Made by a program: the position numbers and the translations under genes | Assembly (NCBI GenBank): GCA_016618085.1 | Contig: JABLTG010000106.1 | Coordinates: 1 to 64,000 of the forward strand | Reading direction: 5' to 3' | From: Neovahlkampfia damariscottae | Lineage: Eukaryota | Length of the DNA: 64,000 nt | Part shown: positions 42,945 through 53,792 of the stretch, piece by piece | Numbering within the stretch: position 1 is the first letter of the stretch | Layout of the letters: every line of letters starts with the position of its first letter | The notes under the pieces: generated by a model | Databases searched by the model: none | What the model was told of the DNA's origin: nothing | Seen by the model: only the letters and a program-made list of their open reading frames with translations

Positions 42945-43205
42945 TTATTTAAAGTATACATTGAAATTTACCATTTGTTGCTTTCCGTTATTAACACCTG
43001 ACATTGTGTGTATTTCTTCGATGTCTTCAGTGTCTTCTTCTGTTTCTTCATCTGTGTCAAAACATTCATATGCTGCCAAATCTGCTTTAAGTTCTTGAAC
43101 TTCATCCTTTAATTTGTCTATTTTTTTAAGTAACTTGGCAATTTTCATATCTCTTGCTTGTAATTCATCATCGTAATTCAATTGGTTCGGTAATTTTGGA
43201 TCCAT
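42945..43205 (-). CDS. Small coiled-coil/acidic protein
   Basis: 86-aa ORF with AAAATCT motif upstream. Confidence 0.55.
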   Translation of the reverse strand: MDPKLPNQLNYDDELQARDMKIAKLLKKIDKLKDEVQELKADLAAYECFDTDEETEEDTEDIEEIHTMSGVNNGKQQMVNFNVYFK

Positions 43206-43240
43206 TTTATAATTTTATTTGAGATTTTATTTTTGTTCTT

Positions 43241-43477
43241 TTAAACGTATGATTGATATGAAGTTTTACGTTGTTCTTGTATGACACCATATGTTAAATC
43301 ATATTTAGCAACAGTACCATTATCTCCTTTTGCATATGCTGTATATTTATTGTCATCTTCTTTATTAGTGTCGATGAACACATATCTAACTCCTCCAACC
43401 GCTTTTGATGCATCTTGTAAATAGTATTGGTTAAATTCATCAAGAAAATCACGTGCATTTTTTTTTTCTTCAGACAT
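43241..43477 (-). CDS. Hypothetical viral protein
   Basis: 78-aa ORF. Confidence 0.5.
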   Translation of the reverse strand: MSEEKKNARDFLDEFNQYYLQDASKAVGGVRYVFIDTNKEDDNKYTAYAKGDNGTVAKYDLTYGVIQEQRKTSYQSYV

Positions 43478-43513
43478 TTATAAATTAATTCTATAATTTA
43501 AAAACATGATTTT

Positions 43514-43842
43514 AAACGTATCCATAAATTTGGTTCCGTAAATTTTACAAAAAAAAGTTTAAGAAAAAAAAAATATATAATATTGAGAGAAAGAGTTGAA
43601 TTAAAAAATCCGGACCGTTATTTCTGGGTTATTCTTTTTGTATTTTTTATTAATTCTTTTTCAATTTTTTATCATTTTGAAAATACGAAATTGTTGTTCT
43701 TTTTGTATTTTTTACATGTATAACATGAATTTTTAAAATCGGTTTCCCTGAGCAGCATAAAGAACATGGCAACGCTTCGAAGAAAATTCATCCCCCGTGA
43801 GGGGTCTTTGATGAATTAGTTTGCCATGTTCTTTATGCTGCT
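43514..43842 (-). repeat. Right TIR of inner element, including module 10 (43522-43627) and the 92-bp terminal hairpin (43751-43842)
   Basis: Perfect 22-bp stem 43751-43772 / 43821-43842; TCCG 43535 to CGGA 43614, 80 bp. Confidence 0.9.
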
Positions 43843-43974
43843 AATATCAATATCAAATGATTTTACAAATTCAATTATATCATCTTTATTACCACAAAGG
43901 CAAACTTCTTCAAATGCATTGTGTATTCTTTCGAGGTTTTCTTCTTTTATTTTATTAATTAATTCAGTGCACAT
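43843..43974 (-). pseudogene. Ankyrin-repeat gene, 5' part (44 codons)
   Basis: MCTELINK...EFVKSFDIDI continues as NYDDGYPMENIAY at 19041 when the inner element and one TSD are removed. Confidence 0.85.
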
Positions 43975-43991
43975 TATATTATTAATTTATA

Positions 43992-44180
43992 TTATTTTTT
44001 ATTGATTTCTTCAATTTTAAAAAAATCTTCCAATCGACCATGAAACTTGGGTGCGTGTTTGTTAGGTTCGGTTTGTTTTTGAATTAATTCTCCATTATTG
44101 TTTAGTTCCAAATTAATTTCATACCCAATGTTTTTATTACTTTCACCTTTTCCAAATTTTTTTCTTCGTATTCTTTCCAT
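43992..44180 (-). CDS. Small hypothetical protein (outer element)
   Basis: 62-aa ORF; upstream AATAATATAAATTAATAATATA motif is shared with neighbours. Confidence 0.45.
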   Translation of the reverse strand: MERIRRKKFGKGESNKNIGYEINLELNNNGELIQKQTEPNKHAPKFHGRLEDFFKIEEINKK

Positions 44181-44277
44181 TTATATTATTAATTTATATT
44201 ATTTTTTAATTCATTTTCTTTAAAAAAATCTTTTAATGGAATTCCACCTGTATTTATTTTATAATCTTCAGGCATAT

Positions 44278-44619
44278 CTATTTCATATGTTTTATTGGAA
44301 TAATCACCCCATACATAAAATGTTTAATGATATTTGTATAAAATTCGTATTCTTTAGAGTGTTTTTTGTTTCTGTTGTCAACCCACCAATCAACACTATT
44401 GTAAAAAAAATCAAAAACATCCTGATTATAACAATGTCTACTGGACAAATAATAATTTCCAAATTCACACTTTATATCTTTGTTCAATTTATTGATGTAT
44501 CTTTTTTTTGAAGTATCATTCATTTCAACCTCATTATCACAATATTGTTCATGATGTCCAAGATCAGAACCACTTTGTAGTTTTAAACATTTTTTGCAAA
44601 CATAAAATTCATATCCCAT
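44278..44619 (-). CDS. Hypothetical protein with CxxC...HxxxC (outer element)
   Basis: CKKC...HEQYC. Confidence 0.5.
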   Translation of the reverse strand: MGYEFYVCKKCLKLQSGSDLGHHEQYCDNEVEMNDTSKKRYINKLNKDIKCEFGNYYLSSRHCYNQDVFDFFYNSVDWWVDNRNKKHSKEYEFYTNIIKHFMYGVIIPIKHMK

Positions 44620-44784
44620 CTATAATATTAATTAATATTATTTTTTAATTTTTATTTCATGTCAGTGAGAATTTATGTGAAAAAAATAAAAACGAAAAAT
44701 GAGAGCACCGAAAAGTGCTATCGTTTGTATCAGCAAAAAAAATCCCACGGAATGTCTTTAAAAATTTTCTCAATATTTTCAATA

Positions 44785-44972
44785 TTTAATGCCGATTTGA
44801 GAGCTCTATGAGAGGAAAAAATACTTTTGTATTCTGTGTAGCTCGGCAAAAATTCCAATTTGAGGGCGGGGAAAAAGTTCACATTTTTTGGGAAACGTTA
44901 AATTTAAGTCGCTAGAGCCTCCACCGGCGTAATTTATGGGCTAAAGCTTGGAGCCTTACCACCTACTTACTT
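44785..44972 (-). repeat. Right TIR of outer element
   Basis: Ends gccttaccacctacttactt, followed by TSD gtggtg. Confidence 0.9.
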
Positions 44973-44978
44973 GTGGTG

Positions 44979-45177
44979 GTCAAAATACAAGTCCTGATCG
45001 TTTGACAGTCACTTTCCCCATAAAATCTGTTTCAACTTGTGGTTTGGGTACAAATGCTGGAAAAGTAAGATATTGTGCTTTTGCTTCAAGTCTATAAAAC
45101 ATTCTTGTCAGGGATTGAAATTGTTTCATATGGAACTGCTGTATGTCGTGGTGAATCAGGTACATATGGTTCTTGAT
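44979..45177 (+). pseudogene. Trypsin-like pseudogene, 3' part
   Basis: GQNTSPDRL..VTFP, CGLGTNAGKVRYCA, HSCQG, IVSYGTAVCRGESGTY; frameshifted and lacking GDSGGP. Confidence 0.75.
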
Positions 45178-45365
45178 GCTTTACATGTCTATTTTAATGT
45201 AATAAATCCTTTTTGGACTTGATTGTCTAATTTGGTTATCAAAATTCTCATCTTCAAAATAACAAAATTAAACTCCTATGGTAAATTTGATTCTACCATT
45301 TTCTGGATATCTTGTTTTGTGAGAAAAAAAGTATCTTCTGTTTTGTCCAATGAAATCAACTGAAC

Positions 45366-46293
45366 ATGAAAAATTTGTTGTGGTTATTGATTGTTGCTCT
45401 TATCCTCGGATATGCTGTTTCAGTTCCTGTGAGATGCGGACAAGTTGACATTAAGCCTTTAGAAGAAGAAAAAGAAGAAGATGAAATTAATCTTGACATT
45501 GATACTTTAGAAGAAAAGTCACTTGAATGGATTAACGTGGCTTGTAAGAACGGTGATGCTTGTGTTTTCAACTGTGGTGAAATGATTTATGGATGCAGAA
45601 AAAAAGCTTATTTCATGCATTTTATGAGCAAAGTTTCTGGATATGCAAAACAACAAGTTGCTGATGCCTATATGAAAGCATGCATTCAAAGACGAAATGA
45701 CAGCCCATATCAATCATTTTGGATGAAAGATAAAATTATAGGTTTATTAGATGTTGCTCACAGACGTTGTCATGCAAGAAAATTATACATTAACTCAAAT
45801 ATTGCTTTTGGAGATCTTTTAAACACTTTAATTAATACACATGAACCGATTTATGTTTTTCTTGCTAGATTGGCAGAGCTTTTATTGGCCATGGAAAAAA
45901 TCTGTTTGGAAAATTCGTTAGGAATTTTTTTTTTTTTCATATTTTTTTTTTAGACGTTGGAGACCACAAATCAAATTGAAAATTAATGCATTTTTTGATG
46001 GTAATGGTGCTGATCTCAGAAGTTTATTTCCTGGAAATTCTTACATTACTGGCTCTCTTATCCATGCAGCAAATGAAGCAAAACGATATAAAGATCAATA
46101 TAAAGCTAGATATGGTGAAATGCGTTATTTTTTGAAAGTTAAAGATTCATTGAAAGGAGCATTTCTTGATAGAATTGGACAAGGAAATCAAGAACTTTGT
46201 AGTTGCAGAAATTTATTCAAAGAAGGTGTTTTTCGACACTATTTTAGTTATGCAAATCATTATGCATATCAAGAATGTAGAAAAATCTGTTAG
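45366..46293 (+). CDS. Secreted Cys-rich hypothetical protein (probable intron near 45918-45953)
   Basis: Signal peptide, acidic pro-like region and multiple Cys. Confidence 0.6.
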
Positions 46294-46649
46294 AGAAAAT
46301 AGAAACAAAATTTTATTACTCAAAATACTTTTCTTTTTTTTTATGGTCAGGAAATTCATTTTGACGAAATATCTGTTAAATTTAGGTTTCTTTCTTTGCT
46401 GGACGGAGGAAACTAAAAATTCTTTGAGTCACTTCACGAGGTAAATGGTTCATTAGTTTTTCTACAACAACACTATCTAATTGGATGATTATTTTTAACA
46501 ATCACAACTCTCAAATGACGTTTATTAAAACAAATACTCATTTCAAAATTCAACTTGGTTTCGATTTGGATTTTTAAGTCGATTTGATTGGATAAAATTT
46601 TATTCGGTTAGTTTCTTCAAAACTATAAACGAACCTGCAAACTTCAAAT

Positions 46650-48862
46650 TTGTTTCGTAAATTTTTAAAACTCCAAAAACCAATTAGAAACTATTTTCAA
46701 CAAATGCAAAAAAAAATCGCTTCAAAAGAACGTTTTGAAACATTAGATTCAGAATTAAAAAAATTAATAGAAGAACAAGCTTCCATTGGAAATGTTTTGA
46801 AAGAACTCAAAGAAAAAAAAGCAACTAAAGAAGAAATAGAGCCTCATAAAAAAAAAATGGCTGTTTTAAAGAAAGAGGTTGAGAAGAAAGCTCTTGAAAA
46901 ACAAAATGAAAATCCAGAAATTCTTCACGTTAATAGAGGAGAATTTGAAGAAGTTATGACAAGAAGATTCTTTTATATTCCTTCTTTTGAAATTTACGGT
47001 AAAAAAAAACGAAAAAAAAACTTAAAAAATGACAAAAAGGTGGATGCGCAGGTTTCTATGATTATGGTCCTTCATGTTGTGCAATCAAAGATAATATTAT
47101 TAATTTATGGAAAAATCATTTTATTATTGAAGAAAATTTACTTGAACTTTCAACTTCAAATTTAACCATTGAAAGAGTTTTTGAAGTGTCAGGACATGTT
47201 TCCAAATTTTCTGATTTTATGGTTGATGATTTAGACGCACATGATCATAAACGTGCTGATAAATTGATTAAAGAAACTATTGATGAAAGATTAAAAGATC
47301 CAAAACTTTCAAATGAAAAACAAGAAGAATATAAAAATATTCTCATTGATGTTGAAAGTTATAAAGCAGATGAATTAGATGCTGTTATTAAAAATTTGGA
47401 AATCAAAACACCTTCAGGAAAAGATTATTCACCTGCTTATCCATTCAATTTAATGTTTTCAACAAAAATTGGACCAACAGGTAAATTAGTTGGTTATCTT
47501 CGTCCTGAATTGGCTCAAGGTATCTTTTTGAATTTTAAAAGATTATTAAATTACAATAATGGACAAATGCCTTTTGGTTCTGCTGTTATTGGTCAAGCTT
47601 TTAGAAATGAAATTTCTCCACGTGCTGGTTTATTAAGAGTTAGAGAATTTGCACTTGCAGAAATTGAATATTTCATCAATCCAGAAGATAAGAGCTTCAA
47701 GAAATTCAAATATGTGAAAGATGTTAAACTTTCATTTTTCCCAAGAGAAAATCAAATGAAAAAAACAGGTGTCATTGAATTGACCATTGAAGACGCATTG
47801 AAGAAAGGAATTTTAAATAATGAAACTCATGCATATTTCATTGGACGTACATATGAATTTGTAATTGCTTGTGGTTTATTACCAGATGGTATTAGATTCA
47901 GACAACATTTGGCAACTGAAATGGCTCATTATGCAACTGATTGTTGGGATTGTGAGTTATTAACTTCCTATGGATGGATTGAATGTGTTGGTTTGGCAGA
48001 TAGATCAGCTTATGATTTATCAGTTCATGCAAAAGCTACAAATGAAGATTTAACAGCTTTTGAACCTTATAAAGAACCTATCATTCAACATGTCCTTGAA
48101 TACTCTGAAAAAAAAGGAGGAATTGGAAAAGCATTTGGAAAGGAAGCAAAAAAAGTTCAAGAATTCTTAAAATCATTAACAGAAGAAGAAATGAAAGTTT
48201 ATCAAAAAGATTTTGAAGAAAAAAAGGAAAAAGATATTACGGTTGATGGAAAAACTTATAAAATCACAGATAAAATGTGTGAATTCAAAGTTGTCAAAAA
48301 AAGTATCGGTGGTAAATCATACATTCCATCTGTAATTGAACCATCTTTTGGAATTGGTAGAATCATCTATGCTGTTTTAGAACACGCATATTGGGTGAGA
48401 GAAGATGAAGAAAAAGAAAAAAAACAAAAGAAAAAAGGAGAAAAAGAAATTGAAAGAACAGTTCTTAGTTTAACACCTGAAATTTCACCATTCAAAGCAG
48501 CAATTCTTCCATTACAAAAAGATTCAAAATTTGATGATCATATTGAAAAAATTAGAAAGAAATTGACATCACATGGAATTTCATATCGTATTGATGATTC
48601 AAATGTTAAAATTGGAAGAAGATATGCAAGAACTGATGAAATTGGTATTCCATTCGGTATTACAATTGATTTTGATTCATTAACAAATGATGATTATACT
48701 TTAAGAGATCGTGATTCATGCACTCAAATCAGAGCTAAATTAGAAGATATTGTCAGAATTATTCAACAATTAGTTTTAAAAGAATCAACTTGGGATAACG
48801 TTTTAAAAGAATTCCCAAATCAAAGTCAAACAGCAAGTGATAAAGTTGGATTGAAAGAATAA
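46650..48862 (+). CDS. GARS1: Glycyl-tRNA synthetase (eukaryotic alpha2 type, WHEP domain), one intron near 46999-47039
   Basis: SGHVSKFSD, FNLMF, YLRPELAQG, FRNEISPR, MAHYATDCWD, VIEPSFGIGR and IGRRYARTDEIG. First ATG at 46704; upstream TTG at 46650. Confidence 0.96.
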
Positions 48863-48871
48863 AAAAGTTAT

Positions 48872-49621
48872 TTATTCTTCTTTTTTTAATGTATAGAGTG
48901 TAGCAATTGCACCTGATATAGTTGTTAAACTAGAAGCAATAATACAACCAATCACTGGGATCATAAACAAAATGAGATATCCCGTTCCTAATCCATAATA
49001 CAATCCCAAATGCTCTTTTTCAAATTTTGTTTTATCAATTCCTTTTCTATCTAAAACATAACTGATTGAAAATTCACCTGAATTGAAACATTGAGAATAG
49101 AACAAATATGCTAATGATCCAACTAATCCTAAACCTGGTAAAATGATTGATAAAACAATTCCAATAAAAGAAATTGATATCCATTGCTTCATTTGAAAGA
49201 AGTAATCAGTTAATATTTGTTTTTTTGTTGTGTGGGTGAACTTCTCTTTATCTTCAATTTCAATCAATTTTCCAAATATTATTTCTTCAACAATAATTGA
49301 TAATTCAAAAAAAGTTGAATCACAAATCAACATAAAAACAGGTTTGAAAGTTATAATGAATAAACAAATCCAAATTAACAAAATAAAAAATTTAAAACCA
49401 ATTCTGAAAATAGTTGTTTCAACAAAATACATTGGAAGAAGATTTTGACATAAAAAATTTGTGATTTGGTTAAAATATCTAATTGTAATTAATAGAACAA
49501 GTATAGAATAAAAAAAACTTAAAATGAAAGGTCTAATCAATTGACGAAGTATTCTTGTATCAAAAAAAATAGTTAAAGTTGTAAAGAAAGAAAATAATCC
49601 ATAAAAATAATCTGAGATCAA
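48872..49621 (-). CDS. EI24/CysZ-like multi-pass membrane protein
   Basis: TM pattern, FFELSIIVE and GLGTG..ILFMIPVIG; start uncertain. Confidence 0.6.
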   Translation of the reverse strand: MISDYFYGLFSFFTTLTIFFDTRILRQLIRPFILSFFYSILVLLITIRYFNQITNFLCQNLLPMYFVETTIFRIGFKFFILLIWICLFIITFKPVFMLICDSTFFELSIIVEEIIFGKLIEIEDKEKFTHTTKKQILTDYFFQMKQWISISFIGIVLSIILPGLGLVGSLAYLFYSQCFNSGEFSISYVLDRKGIDKTKFEKEHLGLYYGLGTGYLILFMIPVIGCIIASSLTTISGAIATLYTLKKEE

Positions 49622-49818
49622 AGTTGGTGTTGGGTTAACTTTTGTTTTAGAAATATTTTTTCTTTACGTTTCTTCTTAATGTTTTGAAGCACTTTTTCGT
49701 TTTTTTTCAACATCCAATCAGATTCTTTATTAGAAGAGACAATTAGTTAATAAACAACAAATACAGATAAGATACAAATGATGACAAAAGTTGATTGGAT
49801 TCAAAATGTCTTTAATTT

Positions 49819-51646
49819 TTAATGTTCACAAAGACTACATGGTCTATTGAATACAGTTCCATCTTGTTCTTCAACAACCTTTTTTCTTTCATCCATTAAT
49901 TCCAATCTGTAATCTTTTGCTTGTTGTTCTGACATTGAATCAGATGAAAATCCAACAATAATTTCAACCACTTCTTTTGGTAAAATTGATTGAAATACAG
50001 TTTCATAAGCTGGCAAAATCCAATCCTTTTGTTGTGGAAACACTCTTCTTGTTGACACAATGTCATAGTTTGGGTCAATTAAAAAGAAGACTAGAATTTT
50101 TCTATGACCATTTTTGGATTTGTCTTTCAATTCAAAAGGTTGAACTAAATGTTGATAATAATTTGGGAAAGCAATGCATCTATCTTCAATTGCATTGATT
50201 GACCCAATTTCTTGATTTAATTCAGATTCAAATCCATAACCAAAAATTTGACCAAAATCTTGACCTTGGTCTTCTGGTTGAGCAACTGCTTGTCTGAATG
50301 ATAAAACAGATTGAGAAATGTTTTCCTTTTCATAATAATAAATTCCTGTCGCCACAATTTTTTCATTTTCCATTCCTATTGATCAAAAGTCAATTTGTGA
50401 ATCTTTTTACCTTCCATATGCCATGAACCACCTTCATAAGAAGGAGAGTCAGGTGTCAATTCAATATTTGCCATTTTAACAATAACTTGAAGATTTCTAC
50501 CTTTAAGTTTCATTGAGTTCAATTTTCTAGGTTGATATTTTTCATTGAAAAAGGAACCTTTTGCTTGAAGTTCTTCTTCGTCATAATTATCCAGGTAATC
50601 TTCATAATCATCACCAAACTTTTGATCAAATCCATCATCATATAAGGCATTGTGATATATTGAAGAAATTATCTCACCTCCGTTATTTCCTAAAACCAAT
50701 TCAAACATTGGAATGAATTTCTCAAGAATTTGTTCCAAACATGAATAAAGTTCTTTGAATTTCAATGGATGTAAATTATTGATGTAAGATTCAAATTGAA
50801 CTTTTCCTTCTTTTGAAACTGAAATATCTGAAGGTAACCATTGGAATTTGTCTGAAATGAAATTCGTTTTTGTAAGAGTGATATAATCAGGATGTAATTC
50901 TTCAACATATTCTTGATAAAATTCTTCAGGAGGTGGAACTTCCACTTTTGGAATTGTCATTGGTGTTGATTCTTTCAACCATAAGCTAATAGGAACATTT
51001 CTTTGTTCAATTTTCTCTTTTGAAATTGGTGTCACATCTCCAACCAAACAATATAAGGAAGGATGAATCAAATCTAAAACTAAGTTATTTGAAAATGGAT
51101 GATAGTCTTTTGGTAACTTTTCCAACTCTACAACTTGTTTTAAAAGTTTTTTTTTCAATGAATCATTGATTAAAGTATCTGATTGAAAAATAGAATGAAA
51201 TGGTGATGCGATAGTCCCAATATCTTTTGTTTCTGAAATTTCATGTTTTAATTTGTCAAACATGTATTCAATCATGGAATCTTCAAATTGTTGTACTTGT
51301 GCTTCTTCAATCCATTTTTTTTTAATTTCTTCATCATTGAGTTTGTTGAACCAATCAGATTTGTATAAAATCGCTTGGACTAAAGAAAACATTTTGATTT
51401 CAACTTTAGTATACGGTTCTCTTAATTGAATAAATCCACATTCTACTTCTTCTGAAAGTTGTGGAAACAATTTTGCGTTTTCATTTTCTTTCACATCTTT
51501 TTCTTTTTGTTTTTTATCTGGTCTTTGAATTGGGTGGTCTTGGTTTTCAGTTTTTTTTTTGTTTTACCAAACTCTTCAAAGTGTTTTGAGTTTTTTCTGT
51601 AACATTTTCCGTCGTACATACAAACTTGTCTTTTTCTTTTCACCAT
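49819..51646 (-). CDS. DUF4246-like protein with N-terminal PBZ zinc finger (2 introns)
   Basis: LQVIVKMANIELTP..P.YEGGSWHMEG / NEKIVATGIYY, AFPNYYQH and GHRKILVFFLIDP; first exon CMYDGKCYRKNSKHFEEF-DH. Confidence 0.8.
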
Positions 51647-51912
51647 TTATTTGACCAATCAAAATAATTGGAAGGAGAGTATTTTCAGTAAAAACTCAAA
51701 AATTTTTAAAAGGTTTCATGAAATCATTAACTCAAAAATTTATTCTTTCTTGGAACAAAAGAATTTTTGCTTTGAAAAAGAAATCTTTGAGACTCAAATT
51801 TGTTTGAATTCACATTCTCGAACATTCCTTATGTGTAGTTTCACATCAATAAAACAACAAATCTTAATTTATTTTGTCAGTTGTTTATTGGTCAATTTTT
51901 TCTGTTTAAAAC

Positions 51913-53760
51913 ATGGAAAACTCTGCACCTGAAGAAATTTTTCAAGAAGAATTTGAAAGAGAAGCACAAGTTTACACTTTTGATGAAGGTACAAAAAATC
52001 ATTTAATTTCCTTCAGGCCTTGATAAAATAGGATTTGGAATTTATCAAGTAATTCTCATGTTTATTTGTGGTTCTGGATGGATGGTAAAAAACAAAAATT
52101 AAAATTAAAAAAAAAACTAAAAGTTTGATGGAATTGAAATTCTTTTAATTTCCTTTATACTTCCTGTAAAAAAAAAAAAAATTAAAAAAAACAAAAGGAA
52201 CTGACAGCACTCTGGGAACTATCACCTGTTCAAGCTGGATTATGTGGATCATCAGTTTATTTCGGAATGGTAAATTTTCGAAAGAAAAAAAAAAATTAAT
52301 TTTTGACAGATGATTGGAGCTGCTCTTGGTGGAATTATTAGTGATATCTTAGGTTTCACAAATTGTAACAAATATTAATTTTTAAAAAAGGACGTAAAAT
52401 TATTTTTATCGGGGCAGTTACAATCACAACAGTTTTTGGTTTTGCTTCTGCTTTTTCACCAGGTTATGTTTATTTCTTAATTTTTAGAACATGTGCTGGT
52501 ATTGGTTTAGGAGCTTCTGTACCAACTGATATTTCATTATTCACCGAATTTTGTCCTACAAAATATCGTGGTATAACATTAGTGTTAATGAACGTTTATT
52601 TTGGATTTGGAGCTGCTTATGTCTGTGTAGCTGCTTGGATCATCATGCCTTCTCAAATTATTGGATCTCATCATTGGAGAATATTAGTCGGAGTCGCAGC
52701 ATTACGTAAATATTTTTTTTGAAATTTTTAATGATGTTTATAGCTGGAGTTCTCATTATCATTGCAAGACTTTTTGTACCAGAAAGTCCTCGTTATCAAA
52801 TGGTAAAAGGAAAAGTTCACAAAGCTTCAGCGACTCTTCATTCAATCGCAACATTCAATCAAACTAAATTGCCAAAAGGAAAATTAGTGTATCATGTAAC
52901 AGGAGCAAGACCTGCATTAATTCAATCAATTTTTGGTTTATTTTCAAAAGAATTATGGCTTACAACTGTTTTATTATGGGTTATGGTAAGATTTATATTT
53001 CATTCATCTTTCAAGTGGTTCTGTTTAAGTTATGGAGCATGGGGATTTTCATTTCTCATCCCAGTTGTTTTAGATCAATTACATCAAGGAAGAAGCAAAT
53101 CCTATATTTATTCAGACACTTTAGTTTGTCAATTCATAATTTTCTAATTCTTGCAAAGGTAATTCTCTTTGTAGGAGCTCTTGGTGTTGCTGCGTTAGCA
53201 GCTGTTGTTGATAAATTTGGAAGAAGGATTTTAATGACTGTATTTTTCATTGCTTGTGGCATTTTAACATTGATTACTGGATTATTCAAAAATGGTGCTT
53301 ACATATTGATTGTTGCTTCCTTAGTAGGAATCACATCGACCCCGTAAAAAAAAAAATTGGAAATTAACTTTTTTTAAGACCTTGGGGAATTATATACACA
53401 TACACACCTGAAGTTTATCCAACAACTTTGAGAACAACAGGAGTTGGTAAGTGATCTTATTGGTTAAAATATTTCTCAGGTCTCTGTGCATTTTTCACTA
53501 GATTAGCTGGAACTATCACACCTTTGATTGGTACAACATTGTTACATTATGGATTTATCTATCCATTTATCACATTTGGTTTTGCGTTGTTAGTTGCAGG
53601 TGCTTGTAGTGCTTTGTTACCAATTGAAACTCTTGGTCGTGAATTACAAGATGAAGTCACAGCAGATACTTTATTAAGTGCAGATGCTTTGAACAAAAAG
53701 AAAGATGGAAGTTTCAAACAAAGTCAAAAAGAGTCAATGGCACCTTTAATTGATAAATAA
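51913..53760 (+). CDS. MFS transporter (SVOP/sugar-porter-like), many introns
   Basis: GFGIYQ, SDILGRK, PESPRY, VDKFGRR, YTPEVYPTTLRTTG and LPIETLGR. Confidence 0.9.
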
Positions 53761-53792
53761 AATTCAAAGTTTTTTATTCAATGATATGAGAC

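Larger units (their letters stand above)
19048..43842. mobile_element. Endogenous virophage (provirophage), 24,795 bp, rve-integrase type
   Basis: AGCAGC...GCTGCT termini; TIRs of about 330-365 bp; TSD AATATC at 19042-19047 and 43843-43848; MCP, penton, ATPase, protease and integrase genes. Confidence 0.95.
11843..44972. mobile_element. Outer TIR element (non-autonomous virophage/Polinton-like derivative, ~8.3 kb of its own sequence) carrying a nested virophage
   Basis: TIRs begin AAGTAAGTAGGTGGTAAGGC; 6-bp TSD GTGGTG at 11837-11842 and 44973-44978; trypsin coding sequence resumes across it. Confidence 0.92.

Noticed and set aside
19299..43627. Repeated modules as a CRISPR-like array
   Set aside because: Copies are dispersed between genes, not tandem repeat-spacer units, and no cas-like gene is present.
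11843..44972. A single 33-kb Polinton/Maverick
   Set aside because: A second TIR/TSD set and the split ankyrin gene show two elements, and the capsid looks virophage-type.
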